Of a stretch of 64,000 nt of DNA, positions 37,721-47,771 are shown piece by piece. Made by a program: the position numbers and the translations under genes. The DNA is taken from NCBI GenBank assembly GCA_902589185.1, contig CACIRZ010000004.1, positions 2,554-66,553 on the forward strand, given 5' to 3'. A model generated the notes under the pieces. The model had not been told where the DNA came from. It saw only the letters and a program-made list of their open reading frames with translations, and ran no database searches. This DNA comes from an uncultured SAR116 cluster alpha proteobacterium. GTDB lineage: Bacteria > Pseudomonadota > Alphaproteobacteria > Puniceispirillales > Marisalimonadaceae. How positions within the stretch are numbered: position 1 is the first letter of the stretch; each line of letters begins with the position of its first letter.

Positions 37721-38479
37721 TTGGAAATAGAAAACAAAGTTATTGTTGTTACTGGTGGATCTGGCGGCATTGGTAAAGCCTTAGCAACGAGTTTTATACA
37801 TGAAAAAGCAAAAGTTGTAATAGTACTTGATATAAATTTTGATAATTTTGAGTTAGGAAGTAATAAACTAATTTCTAAAATTTGTGATGTAACCAATGAA
37901 AAGGAATTAATTAGAATTATTGATGAAATTAATCTTGAATTTGGTCTTATTGATATCTTCTGTTCTAACGCTGGAATACTGAGTTTAGGTAATGAACAGA
38001 CATCCAGACAAGATTGGAATAAAAACTGGGATTTACATGTCATGTCCCATGTTTTTGCAGCAAAAAAACTGATACCTAAAATGTTAAAAAGAGGTAGTGG
38101 ATATTTTGTAAACACTTCTTCTGCTGCAGGATTGCTGAGTCATATTGACTCAGTTACATATTCAACCACTAAACATGCTGCTATCGGTTTTGCTGAGTGG
38201 ATTGCAATTACTTACGGAAAGCAAGGAATAGGTGTTTCAATATTATGTCCACAGGCCGTAGAGACAGCTATGACAAAAGGTAGAGAAAACGAGGTATCAG
38301 CGCTTGATGGAATGATGAGACCAGAACATGTAGCTTTAGATGTCATAAAAGCTATTAAAGAAGAAACTTTTCTTATTTCACCACATGAGCAGGTCTTAGG
38401 CTACTTTCAAAATAAAGCTAATAATTATTCTAGGTGGATTGGTGGCATGCAAAAATTAAGGCAAAAACTAAAGTCTTAA
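37721..38479 (+). CDS. Short-chain dehydrogenase/reductase
   Basis: TGGSGGIG, CSNAG, TSSAAGLL, YSTTK, LCPQAV. Confidence 0.9.
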   Translation: MEIENKVIVVTGGSGGIGKALATSFIHEKAKVVIVLDINFDNFELGSNKLISKICDVTNEKELIRIIDEINLEFGLIDIFCSNAGILSLGNEQTSRQDWNKNWDLHVMSHVFAAKKLIPKMLKRGSGYFVNTSSAAGLLSHIDSVTYSTTKHAAIGFAEWIAITYGKQGIGVSILCPQAVETAMTKGRENEVSALDGMMRPEHVALDVIKAIKEETFLISPHEQVLGYFQNKANNYSRWIGGMQKLRQKLKS

Positions 38480-38482
38480 ATA

Positions 38483-39553
38483 TTAAATTGCATCTGCAAT
38501 GGCTGATCCACAACCAATAGTGTTTGCTTTTCCACCTAAATCTCCAGTTCTATATTCTTCTTTTTCTAAAACTTCTTCTATTGCTCTAACAATATGTTCT
38601 GATGCTTCTTTAAATCCAAGATATTCAAGCATCATTGCGCCTGCCCAAATTTGACCAACAGGGTTGGCAATCCCTTTACCAGCAATATCTGGCGCAGATC
38701 CATGAACTGGTTCAAATAATGATGGAAATTTTTTCTCAGGGTTGATGTTCCCAGACGGAGCAATACCTATTGTTCCAGTACATGCAGGTCCTAAATCTGA
38801 TAAAATATCACCAAACAAATTTGAAGCTACCACAACGTTAAATTTATCAGGGTTAAGTACAAAATGTGCACAAAGTATATCAATATGATATTTATCCCAT
38901 TTAACATCAGAATATTGTTTTGCCATATCTTCTACCCTCTCATCCCAATAGGGCATGGTAATAGAAATACCATTAGATTTTGTAGCAGATGTTAAATGTT
39001 TTTTTTCTGTTTTATTTGCTAATTCAAATGCAAATTTAAGAACTCTATCTACGCCTACTCGGGACATGATAGTTTCCTGCATCACAATTTCTCTTTCAGT
39101 ATCTGGAAACATTTTACCACCTATAGAAGAGTATTCTCCCTCAGTGTTTTCTCTAATAATATAAAAATCTATATCCCCTGGTTTCCGATTTGCAAGAGGG
39201 GAAGGAACTCCAGGCATTAATTTAACTGGTCTAAGATTTATGTATTGATCAAACTCTCTTCTAAATTTTAATAAAGATCCCCATAATGAAATATGATCAG
39301 GAATTTTATCTGGCCAACCTACTGATCCAAAAAATAAAGCATCATGCTCTCCAATTTGCTTCTTCCAATCATCTGGCATCATTTGACCATGTTTTGAATA
39401 ATATTCATAAGAACTAAAATCAAAATGATCAAAGTGAAGATTAATACCATATTTATTTGAAACTATATTCAGAACTTTTAGAGCTTCCGGCATAACCTCT
39501 GTTCCAATACCATCACCTGGAATTACAGCAATATTATATTTGTTTTTTTGCAT
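38483..39553 (-). CDS. Tartrate dehydrogenase/D-malate dehydrogenase (decarboxylating)
   Basis: PGDGIG, PDHISLWG, RENTEGEYS, SATKSNGISITMPYWDE, SNLFGDILSDL, FEPVHGSAPDI; TtuC/DmlA-type. Confidence 0.9.
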   Translation of the reverse strand: MQKNKYNIAVIPGDGIGTEVMPEALKVLNIVSNKYGINLHFDHFDFSSYEYYSKHGQMMPDDWKKQIGEHDALFFGSVGWPDKIPDHISLWGSLLKFRREFDQYINLRPVKLMPGVPSPLANRKPGDIDFYIIRENTEGEYSSIGGKMFPDTEREIVMQETIMSRVGVDRVLKFAFELANKTEKKHLTSATKSNGISITMPYWDERVEDMAKQYSDVKWDKYHIDILCAHFVLNPDKFNVVVASNLFGDILSDLGPACTGTIGIAPSGNINPEKKFPSLFEPVHGSAPDIAGKGIANPVGQIWAGAMMLEYLGFKEASEHIVRAIEEVLEKEEYRTGDLGGKANTIGCGSAIADAI

Positions 39554-39562
39554 TAAATTTTC

Positions 39563-39898
39563 CTAATTTGTTTCGAAAGGTGTCCATGGGGCAGCTGTCA
39601 TTAGTTTGTTTTCTTGTGTTAAGACAAGTGGTCTAAACTCTGAGGCAAACCTTATAAAATCTTTATCATTATATATAGTTTTCCACAATTCTCTTCTACT
39701 ATTATCATCTTGAAATTTCCAGACGTGAATTATTTGGTTTAATGCACCTACATCACCAATATAATATCGTACAATATTATCCTTATATTTTTTTAATGCT
39801 GGCCATCCTAAATCCTCATAAATTTTTATAGCTGCTGACAATTTGCCAACATATAATGTATAAGTTCTTAATTCAAAAATTTTCAATATTTCCTCCAA
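39563..39898 (-). CDS. NIPSNAP family protein
   Basis: FELRTYTL, GALNQIIHVW, QENKLM..APW. Confidence 0.8.
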   Translation of the reverse strand: MEEILKIFELRTYTLYVGKLSAAIKIYEDLGWPALKKYKDNIVRYYIGDVGALNQIIHVWKFQDDNSRRELWKTIYNDKDFIRFASEFRPLVLTQENKLMTAAPWTPFETN

Positions 39899-39984
39899 TT
39901 TAAAATAAACCTTTTACCAACTGTATTATTGAGTTTAATAAAATTTTATTTAATAATGTATATTAGAAATAATAGGAAGTTTTA

Positions 39985-41124
39985 ATGGAAATTTTAGAAA
40001 TTAAAGATTTAGAAACGTTAGCAAAAAAGCGTGTTCCAAAAATGTTTTTTGATTATGTGAACTCTGGTTCATGGACTGAAACAACATACAATGAAAATGT
40101 TTCTGACTTTCAAAAAATTAAACTTAGGCAAAGGGTTGCAATTGATATGTCAAATAGAACTCTTGAAACTAAGATGATTAATCAATCTGTTTCAATGCCA
40201 GTAGCGATCGCTCCAACAGGTTTGACAGGAATGCAAAGAGCAGATGGAGAAATATTAGCAGCACAAGCAGCTGAAGAATTTGGTATTCCTTACACTTTAT
40301 CAACAATGAGTGTTTGTTCTATTGAAGCAGTAGCTGAAAAAACAAAAAAACCATTTTGGTTTCAACTTTATGTAATGAAAGATAAAAAATTTATGGAACG
40401 TCTTATTGATAGAGCCAAAGAAGCTAAATGCAGTGCTTTAGTTTTAACACTTGATTTACAACTTTTAGGCCAAAGGCACAAAGATTTAAGAAATGGACTA
40501 TCAACGCCACCCAAATTAATTCCAAAGCATATATATCAAGTATTAACTAGGCCTATGTGGTGTTTAAGAATGCTGACAACCAAAAATCATTTTTTTGGAA
40601 ATATTGTTGGTCATGTTGAAGGAATAAAAGACGTAAGATCTTTAGGTTCTTGGATAAGCACTCAGTTTGATCAAAAACTTGATTGGCAAGAAGTAGATTG
40701 GATTAGGAAGAGATGGGGTGGTAAATTAATAATTAAAGGCATTTTAGATTCTGAAGATGCTCTGTTAGCTTCCAAAACAGGGGCAGATGCTATAATTGTT
40801 TCCAATCATGGAGGAAGACAGCTTGATGGGGCATCCTCTACTATAAATATTTTACCTGAAATAGTAGATAAGGTTGGTAAACTTATTGAAGTTCACTTAG
40901 ACGGAGGGATAAGATCTGGTCAGGATGTCATTAAAGCAATGTGTTTAGGAGCAAAAGGAACATATATTGGTAGAGCATTTTTGTATGGTTTAGGAGCTCT
41001 TGGAAAAGAAGGTGTAACAAAAGCTCTTAACATCATTAAAACAGAAGCAGATATGACAATGGCTTTATGTGGCAGAAGAGATGTTCATGATTTAAATAGA
41101 GACAATATTTATAATCATAAATAA
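39985..41124 (+). CDS. FMN-dependent alpha-hydroxy acid dehydrogenase (LldD-like)
   Basis: FDYV, APTG, FWFQLY, IVSNHGGRQLD, DGGIRSGQD, IGRAFLY. Confidence 0.9.
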   Translation: MEILEIKDLETLAKKRVPKMFFDYVNSGSWTETTYNENVSDFQKIKLRQRVAIDMSNRTLETKMINQSVSMPVAIAPTGLTGMQRADGEILAAQAAEEFGIPYTLSTMSVCSIEAVAEKTKKPFWFQLYVMKDKKFMERLIDRAKEAKCSALVLTLDLQLLGQRHKDLRNGLSTPPKLIPKHIYQVLTRPMWCLRMLTTKNHFFGNIVGHVEGIKDVRSLGSWISTQFDQKLDWQEVDWIRKRWGGKLIIKGILDSEDALLASKTGADAIIVSNHGGRQLDGASSTINILPEIVDKVGKLIEVHLDGGIRSGQDVIKAMCLGAKGTYIGRAFLYGLGALGKEGVTKALNIIKTEADMTMALCGRRDVHDLNRDNIYNHK

Positions 41125-41182
41125 TTACAGTTAAAACTTATAATTTTAATTTTGAATTTAGCTTGATGCTAATAATTATCAA

Positions 41183-42184
41183 TTATTTAAGCGTTGAAAA
41201 TATTGTAACAGCGGCCTCACTCATTTCTTTTATGCATATTAGAGCTGTTGGCAATTGTACAGAATTACTAACAAAAGCATGCATTTGACCCGGGAATAGA
41301 CGATAATGAACTTCATTTCCAAAAGACAAAAGTCTTCTCTTGTAAGCATCACCTTCATCAACTAGAGGGTCTAGACCGGCTCCAAAAATATAAGTTGGTG
41401 GCATGTTTTCTAAGTTAGGTGTTAAAATCGGAGACGCCCTCCAATCTACTTGTTCTTCATAAGAATTCAAATAATGTTTCACAAAGTATTCTATAGTTTT
41501 TTTATTAAGAATCATTCCATCGAGTTTAATATCCATGGATCTTCTGCACATAGTCATATCTACCCAAGGATAAACTAAAATTTGACCGTGTATTTTTGGA
41601 ATGATTTTATCTTTTGACATAATCGTGCCAACAGTTGCTAGAGCGCCACCAGCACTATCTCCACACAAAATGATTTTATTTTCATCAATTTTAAGTTCAT
41701 TTGATATTTTGATAATTTCTATAATTGCATCTTTTGTCTCAGTAATTTGAGATGGAAATTTGTATTCAGGAGCAAGTTTATAATCAACTGCTATTACTAT
41801 AGCATTGCTTTGTTTGCAAAGATGTCTACATACTAAATCATGACTTTCAAGATCACCCATGACAAAGCCACCCCCATGAAAATATATTATTAAAGGGAAC
41901 TTGTCTTTATTAATGTTATGCGAAGATTTGTTAAAATATTTTCTTAGTGGAATAGTTCCAAGAGTACCTTTAACTGAGAAATCTTCAACATCTGTTATAT
42001 CAACCTTCAACTCTTCAGGAGTTTCTGCCATTTTTGCTCTTAAAGCTCTAAGCTCCTGTGGAGTAAAGCTTTCAAGAGCAGGTGCATTATTATTTATACG
42101 TTCATTAATTAAAGCTTGTGTGTCTTTATCAATTTGCATGTAATTTCTCACTTTTATCAATATATTTATAAACATATTTAACAT
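41183..42184 (-). CDS. HSL-family esterase/lipase (likely start near 42139)
   Basis: YFHGGG, VDYKLAPE, GDSAGG, DPLVDEG, HAF. Confidence 0.9.
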   Translation of the reverse strand: MLNMFINILIKVRNYMQIDKDTQALINERINNNAPALESFTPQELRALRAKMAETPEELKVDITDVEDFSVKGTLGTIPLRKYFNKSSHNINKDKFPLIIYFHGGGFVMGDLESHDLVCRHLCKQSNAIVIAVDYKLAPEYKFPSQITETKDAIIEIIKISNELKIDENKIILCGDSAGGALATVGTIMSKDKIIPKIHGQILVYPWVDMTMCRRSMDIKLDGMILNKKTIEYFVKHYLNSYEEQVDWRASPILTPNLENMPPTYIFGAGLDPLVDEGDAYKRRLLSFGNEVHYRLFPGQMHAFVSNSVQLPTALICIKEMSEAAVTIFSTLK

Positions 42185-42227
42185 TTATTTTAAATTAAAT
42201 ATTTTAAATCTAAATAAATTTTGAAAC

Positions 42228-42254
42228 AATAAATTAGCCATAGCTAACTTTATT
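42228..42254. promoter_or_regulatory. MntR-like palindrome upstream of putative Mn transporter
   Basis: AATAAATTAGC-CATA-GCTAACTTTATT; core TAGC-N4-GCTA resembles enterobacterial MntR box. Confidence 0.45.
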
Positions 42255-42318
42255 AGTATATTGACGTCATCAATGCTGTGTGCAATATAAGGTGCATAAA
42301 CAAATTTATAGAGAATTC

Positions 42319-43488
42319 ATGAATTATAACTCATCACAGGCAACCATGTACCCATTTATTATTAGGTATCAGCAAATATTTAGTTATTTGTTTTTATTTG
42401 TTGGAGTTTACCTGTTTTTTAATATGGATAATAAGACATGGGAAATTATAAAATCATCAGTTTCTGATGCTTATATAGGTGTTACTAGTTTTGTGGCTGG
42501 AACATTATTGCTTTTTTTTACATTAGAAAAGTATCTAAAAATTGATGTAAAAAATATTCTTTTAAATAAACCAAAATTAGAAGTCTTTATAAGTTCCTTT
42601 CTTGGAGCTCTCCCAGGCTGTGGTGGAGCAATTATTGTTTTAACTCAATACTCAAGAGGCAAAGCATCTTTTGGATCTGTTGTTGCAGCTTTGACTGCGA
42701 CAATGGGTGATGCGGCTTTTCTATTAATTGCAAGAGAACCAGTAACTGGATTATTAATTCTATTAATCGGTTTTTTTGTAGGATATGTGTCCGGTTTACT
42801 AGTTAATTCAATTCATGGAAAGAGTTTCATGAAGATGAATGGTTGTGACTTGATTAGATTAAATTGTAAACCATCAAAGTATAAATCATCAAAAACTTTA
42901 GATTTAATCTGGCTAGCTTTAATAATACCAGGCATGATTTTTGGAATTTTATCAGCTTTTCAAATAGATCTTGATGCATATTTTTCAAATAATTTTATTG
43001 ATAATCCAATAACATTTTTTGGCTTTTTTGCAGGTTCTCTGTGTTTTATTATGTGGATTATACCAATCATTAGTGGTTTTAAGTATAGCCCTTCAGGACC
43101 TAATGAAAAGATACTGAGAAGAACTGTTTCAGATTCTAACTTTATAACAGGTTGGGTGATTCTCGCTTTCCTTGCTTATGAATTAACTGTTCATTTTGGA
43201 GGTTTTAATTTAGAAACTATCTTCAAATCATATTATATATTAATTCCATTAATTGCTATTCTGATAGGTTTTTTACCTGGTTGTGGACCACAAATATTAG
43301 TTACCACTCTATACTTAAATGGTATTATACCTTTGTCTGCACAAATAGGTAATGCAATTTCAAATGACGGTGATGCTTTGTTTCCTGCAATTGCATTACA
43401 CCCCAAAGCTGCTTTCATAGCTACAATCTACTCAGCTTTTCCAGCAATAATTGTTAGTTATGGTTATTTATTTATATTTGAATTTTAA
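42319..43488 (+). CDS. Putative manganese transporter (duplicated PGCG motif family, MntX/DUF2899-like)
   Basis: LGALPGCGGAI..ATMGDAAF and GFLPGCGPQI..AISNDGDALFP repeats; multi-TM; start uncertain (42280 in ORF track). Confidence 0.8.
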   Translation: MNYNSSQATMYPFIIRYQQIFSYLFLFVGVYLFFNMDNKTWEIIKSSVSDAYIGVTSFVAGTLLLFFTLEKYLKIDVKNILLNKPKLEVFISSFLGALPGCGGAIIVLTQYSRGKASFGSVVAALTATMGDAAFLLIAREPVTGLLILLIGFFVGYVSGLLVNSIHGKSFMKMNGCDLIRLNCKPSKYKSSKTLDLIWLALIIPGMIFGILSAFQIDLDAYFSNNFIDNPITFFGFFAGSLCFIMWIIPIISGFKYSPSGPNEKILRRTVSDSNFITGWVILAFLAYELTVHFGGFNLETIFKSYYILIPLIAILIGFLPGCGPQILVTTLYLNGIIPLSAQIGNAISNDGDALFPAIALHPKAAFIATIYSAFPAIIVSYGYLFIFEF

Positions 43489-43618
43489 AATTTAGTTATT
43501 TTTTCAATCATTATAGTATTTTCTATGATTTTATCATAAGTGATACTTGATGAATGGAAATTGTAAAGTTAGTATTAATTACTATTTCAAAATTCTAATG
43601 AAAAATAAAGTATAATTA

Positions 43619-44431
43619 ATGAAGTTTAAACCAGCGAATATACCTTCCAACGATGCACTTAGGGTTAAAGCAGTTCAAAGAACTGGTGTATTAGATGAAG
43701 TAAAAGAGGAATTATATGATATTTATTGTTTTCTTGCAAAAGAAATAACTGGTTGTCCAGTAAGTTGGACTGGGGTTATTGATAGTGAAAAACAGTTTGT
43801 TTTAGCAAGAGATGGTTTTCCAGATGAAGTACCAATGGAACTGCCAAGAGACCAAACGCTATGTCAATTTGCAATAGAAAAAACAGAACCTTTAATCATC
43901 AATGATATGACTATTGACTATCGTTTTAAGAACCATCCAGCGGTTGTTGAATTTGGAGTAAAGTTCTATGCAGCATTTCCCGTTAATACTTCAGATGGTT
44001 ATACTCTTGGAACTTTGTGTGTAAGTGATAATAGAGTAAGAAGATTAACACAAAACAAAATTAAATTATTAAAAGGTTTAGCTTCAAAGTTGTCTTATCA
44101 ACTAGAAGTACAAGTTAATCAAAGAAAAGGAACCGCTGAATCTGTAATTAATATATTAAACAAATTAATTAGAAATTTTAAAAACCTTAAAATAATAGAA
44201 GCAATTACAATTTTAAAATTTATTATAAATGAACAAATTTCTAAAGATGATGAAGATTTATTAATACAATTTGGCATTGCTCATAAAAAGAATGATATTC
44301 TTGAACTAACTTCAGAAGGGAAAAATTTAAAATCAGAGTTAAACCTGAATGTAGGAACATTGAAACGTATAAAAAATCTTTCATCTGACAATGAACAACT
44401 TATGAATATGTTAGATCAAATTAAAGGTTAA
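43619..44431 (+). CDS. GAF domain protein without kinase/cyclase output domain
   Basis: LCQFAI, DYRFKNHP, KFYAAFP, GYTLGTLCVSD GAF motifs; about 100-aa helical C-terminus. Confidence 0.8.
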   Translation: MKFKPANIPSNDALRVKAVQRTGVLDEVKEELYDIYCFLAKEITGCPVSWTGVIDSEKQFVLARDGFPDEVPMELPRDQTLCQFAIEKTEPLIINDMTIDYRFKNHPAVVEFGVKFYAAFPVNTSDGYTLGTLCVSDNRVRRLTQNKIKLLKGLASKLSYQLEVQVNQRKGTAESVINILNKLIRNFKNLKIIEAITILKFIINEQISKDDEDLLIQFGIAHKKNDILELTSEGKNLKSELNLNVGTLKRIKNLSSDNEQLMNMLDQIKG

Positions 44432-44433
44432 AA

Positions 44434-44745
44434 ATGTTTGGAAAAATTTTAAATTTTAAATTTACATCTATAAGCGAAGCAAAATTGGCTGCCTCATTTT
44501 GCTCTGAAAAGTTTGGTTCTAAAATAAGTGAATATAATATTGTAGGTCTTAATATTTTCATCAGTCAATCAGGTGATCTAAATGTTTCCATTAAATTTGA
44601 AAATCCAGATGCATTGAAAAGCTTTGAATCTAATTATCTAAACATTATTGCAGATCTAAAAGGAAGTCTGGTTTTTAAGGAAAATAATTTTGTAGGTGTT
44701 TGTACTTTTACGTATGAGAAGGAAGCCACAAGTACAGAAATGTAG
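44434..44745 (+). CDS. Hypothetical protein
   Basis: 103-aa ORF starting 2 bp after GAF gene; no family recognised. Confidence 0.65.
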   Translation: MFGKILNFKFTSISEAKLAASFCSEKFGSKISEYNIVGLNIFISQSGDLNVSIKFENPDALKSFESNYLNIIADLKGSLVFKENNFVGVCTFTYEKEATSTEM

Positions 44746-44769
44746 ATTGATTTATAGAAGGTTTTATAA

Positions 44770-45693
44770 ATGATAAAAGCGTCCGAAACATTTAAAGGAA
44801 CATGGCCATTTCAGCCTAATTTTTTTGATGGAAATGGTTTTCTAATGCATTACGTAGATGAGGGGCCAAGACAGGCTAATCCAATTATTCTTCTTCATGG
44901 TGAACCTACCTGGGGCTATTTATATAGAAAATTCATACCTGAATTATCAAAATCATATAGGGTTATTGTTCCAGATATGATGGGTTTTGGTAAATCAGAA
45001 ACTCCGCAAGATAAAGAATATACTTTGAAAACTCATGTAGAAAATTTGAGTAGATTAATAGACAATTTAAAATTAACCAATATTACGTTTGTTGGACAAG
45101 ATTGGGGTGGTCCGATAACAGCTGCTTATTCGATAAGAAACCTTAATAAGGTAAAAAATTTTGTTTTAATTAATACGTTATTTGGATATAGCAAAGAAGA
45201 AAGACCGAAGAATTTATCACCATGGTTTCAGTGGATAAACAAACATTATAAAGATAAAACATTAGATGGTATTTTGGGTGAACTAGGGTCTACACTCCTT
45301 TCTGTCATGAAGATACCTAATTTTACAAATAATAATATTATTAATGAAACGTGGATTAATGCTTATTCAGCTCAGTTTCCAGATAGAGCGAGTTGTAAAG
45401 GAGCTATTAATTTCCCTTTAGATGCTCTTTTAAATAGGATTGTACCTTATATTGTTGAAGGTATTAAACAAGGTGACCTTAAGTCTTTATGTTCGAAACC
45501 AGCTATTTTGGCTTACGGAATGAAAGATAAAGCAATTGAACCAGATTATGCTATTAGAGACTTTAAAGCTCTTTTCCCTGGTTCTAAGGTAGTTGAATTG
45601 CCAAATGCTGGTCATTATTCTCAAGAAGATGAACCAGAACTTTTAATAAACTTAATAAAAGAATTCATGAAAGAAAATGAAAATAAATTATGA
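44770..45693 (+). CDS. Haloalkane dehalogenase-like alpha/beta hydrolase
   Basis: MHYVDEG, LHGEPTWGYLY, PDMMGFGKS, QDWGG (Asp nucleophile plus Trp), GMKD, AGHYSQED. Confidence 0.8.
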   Translation: MIKASETFKGTWPFQPNFFDGNGFLMHYVDEGPRQANPIILLHGEPTWGYLYRKFIPELSKSYRVIVPDMMGFGKSETPQDKEYTLKTHVENLSRLIDNLKLTNITFVGQDWGGPITAAYSIRNLNKVKNFVLINTLFGYSKEERPKNLSPWFQWINKHYKDKTLDGILGELGSTLLSVMKIPNFTNNNIINETWINAYSAQFPDRASCKGAINFPLDALLNRIVPYIVEGIKQGDLKSLCSKPAILAYGMKDKAIEPDYAIRDFKALFPGSKVVELPNAGHYSQEDEPELLINLIKEFMKENENKL

Positions 45694-46037
45694 ATTTAGT
45701 TTATAAAGTCTGTTCTAAAGATGAATGGGATCAAGCAATTTTAAATCAATTTTATTCTGGCTCAGATGTGGACAACAGAGATGGTTTCATTCATTTGTCT
45801 ACAAAAAAACAATTACATGAAACAGTAACAAAACATTTTCGAGGAAAGAAAAACTTAATAATTATCTCTTTTAGCACTAAAAAAATACAAGATAAACTTA
45901 AATGGGAAGTTTCTAGGAATGGTGATCTTTTTCCACATTACTATGGAAATTTAGAAACCAATTTTGCAGAAAATATTTATAATTTACATTTAAATTCTGA
46001 TGGTATCCATGAATTTCCTGAAAACTTTTTCTCCTAA
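45690..46037 (+). CDS. DUF952 domain protein
   Basis: VYK, DGFIHLS, LKWEVSRNGDLFPHYYG. Confidence 0.85.
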   Translation: MNLVYKVCSKDEWDQAILNQFYSGSDVDNRDGFIHLSTKKQLHETVTKHFRGKKNLIIISFSTKKIQDKLKWEVSRNGDLFPHYYGNLETNFAENIYNLHLNSDGIHEFPENFFS

Positions 46038-47069
46038 AAAATATTGTAAAAAATTTTTTTCTGCATGTATTCCGTATTTTAGTCTTTGATCTTCATTATT
46101 GATAGCATCTCTTAAAACATTAGCTAATTGCTCTTGATTTAAAGGATCTACACACCAACCTGTTTTTTTATCAATCACGGCATCTGTTACTCCCCCATCT
46201 AATCCTGCAATTGATGGAATTCTATAGGCGGCTGCTTCAATATAAGATATACCAAAACCTTCAATAGAGTTATTCACTTTATATGATGGCATTATAAAAA
46301 CATCAGAACTTTCTAAAAATTTTTGTTTTAAATTGCCGTTTATTTTGCCAACCAAGAATACGTTGTCTGATAAATTTAATTTTTTAATATTTTCTTTTAA
46401 TTCTTCTAATTGTAATCCCTCACCACAAATATTCCACTTAAAAGGTTTCAATAAGTTATTTGCATTTAAATTTGATAAGCATCTCAAAACGGGAAGGATA
46501 CCTTTTCTTTTTTCCAGTCTACAAATTGTTAAAAGAGAGACTGCTTCTGACTTCTCCGCAGATTTTATTTTATTTTCTGATTTTTTTTCAAGTGAATAAG
46601 TAGGAGGAATAACTACTTTTTTTGTATTTGAAATTTTCAATTTGTCAATCAAGTTAGCTGTGTAATGAGAACTACAAATTATACAAGAGGCTCTGTTTAA
46701 AGATTTTTTTATTTTTTCAAACTTTTTTTCTTTTGATAAAAATTCTTGTCCATGAGCAAAGACATATATCTTATTAATGCTTTTAGGTACAGCATTTAAA
46801 GATTTCCAGCTGTCACATATGATAACATCATTATGTTTACAAATTATTTTTAAAAATTTTTTTTTGACATATGGTCTTAATATTTTAGGAGAAAAATTGT
46901 TGTGAATATTGATGTTGTAATTTGAATCTCCATATTTTTTGGATAGAAAATGATCTGGGAAAATATGTATCTCATTATTGATTGATAATCTTTTAGAAAT
47001 TGAATCCATAACATTTTGCATACCTCCAGTTCGAGGGGGAAAAGTTTGTGTAACAATCATATACTTCAT
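45990..47069 (-). CDS. GT4 glycosyltransferase
   Basis: FPPRTGGMQ, AHGQE, RLEKRKG, EGFGISYIEA. Confidence 0.88.
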   Translation of the reverse strand: MKYMIVTQTFPPRTGGMQNVMDSISKRLSINNEIHIFPDHFLSKKYGDSNYNINIHNNFSPKILRPYVKKKFLKIICKHNDVIICDSWKSLNAVPKSINKIYVFAHGQEFLSKEKKFEKIKKSLNRASCIICSSHYTANLIDKLKISNTKKVVIPPTYSLEKKSENKIKSAEKSEAVSLLTICRLEKRKGILPVLRCLSNLNANNLLKPFKWNICGEGLQLEELKENIKKLNLSDNVFLVGKINGNLKQKFLESSDVFIMPSYKVNNSIEGFGISYIEAAAYRIPSIAGLDGGVTDAVIDKKTGWCVDPLNQEQLANVLRDAINNEDQRLKYGIHAEKNFLQYFLGEKVFRKFMDTIRI

Positions 47070-47160
47070 AAATATCTACTATAATTAAAATTAAATTAAA
47101 TCAAAATGTCTGGTTAAATATCATCTCATATTATACAGTAAATTAATTTTGGAGGTTATT

Positions 47161-47766
47161 ATGTTTAAATTAACGTTTAGTCCTGCTTCTCCATATGTAC
47201 GTAAGGTTTTATTATCAGCTTATAGAGCTGGAATTCAAGATGAATTAGAACTCGTTGAGACAGGAAGTGAAAATGATACCTTATTAAGAGGTAAAAATCC
47301 TCTTGGAAAAATCCCAGTATTACAAAAACCTGATGGAGATTTTTTATTTGATAGTAGAGTAATTGTTGATCATTTAAATAAATTAGGAGGTGGATTAATA
47401 CCTGAAAATGGTTCAGAAAGAGATATTATATTAAGTAGATCAGCTCTTGCTGAAGGATTAACTGACGCATCACTTCTTGTGGTTTATTCAGAAAGATATG
47501 CAGGAGGTGAGACACCTTCAAAATTATGGTTAGATTTACAATTAGGTAAAATAGATAAAACATTAGATTTTTTGGAAATTGACATTATTAACTGGTCAAA
47601 CCCAAAAGGTTTTGATGCGGCAAACATTGCCTTAGCTACTGCACTTGACTACATGTCATTTAGAAATGTTAGAGATTGGAAATTAAACAGACCAAAAATA
47701 AGTCAATGGTTTGATAATGTGTCATTAAAACTTCTAGGTTTTGCTGAGACAGCTCCTAAATCATAG
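47161..47766 (+). CDS. Glutathione S-transferase family protein
   Basis: SPASPYVRKV, NPLGKIPVL, LFDSRVI; ATG at 47161 after GGAGG. Confidence 0.88.
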   Translation: MFKLTFSPASPYVRKVLLSAYRAGIQDELELVETGSENDTLLRGKNPLGKIPVLQKPDGDFLFDSRVIVDHLNKLGGGLIPENGSERDIILSRSALAEGLTDASLLVVYSERYAGGETPSKLWLDLQLGKIDKTLDFLEIDIINWSNPKGFDAANIALATALDYMSFRNVRDWKLNRPKISQWFDNVSLKLLGFAETAPKS

Positions 47767-47771
47767 TAAAT

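Noticed and set aside
37714-38115. 133-aa minus-strand ORF
   Set aside because: Antisense shadow of the SDR gene at 37721-38479
42250-42420. yybP-ykoY Mn riboswitch or Mur box upstream of the transporter
   Set aside because: Could not find the conserved riboswitch core by eye; the TGC...GCA spacing does not fit the Mur consensus well; an Rfam scan would settle it
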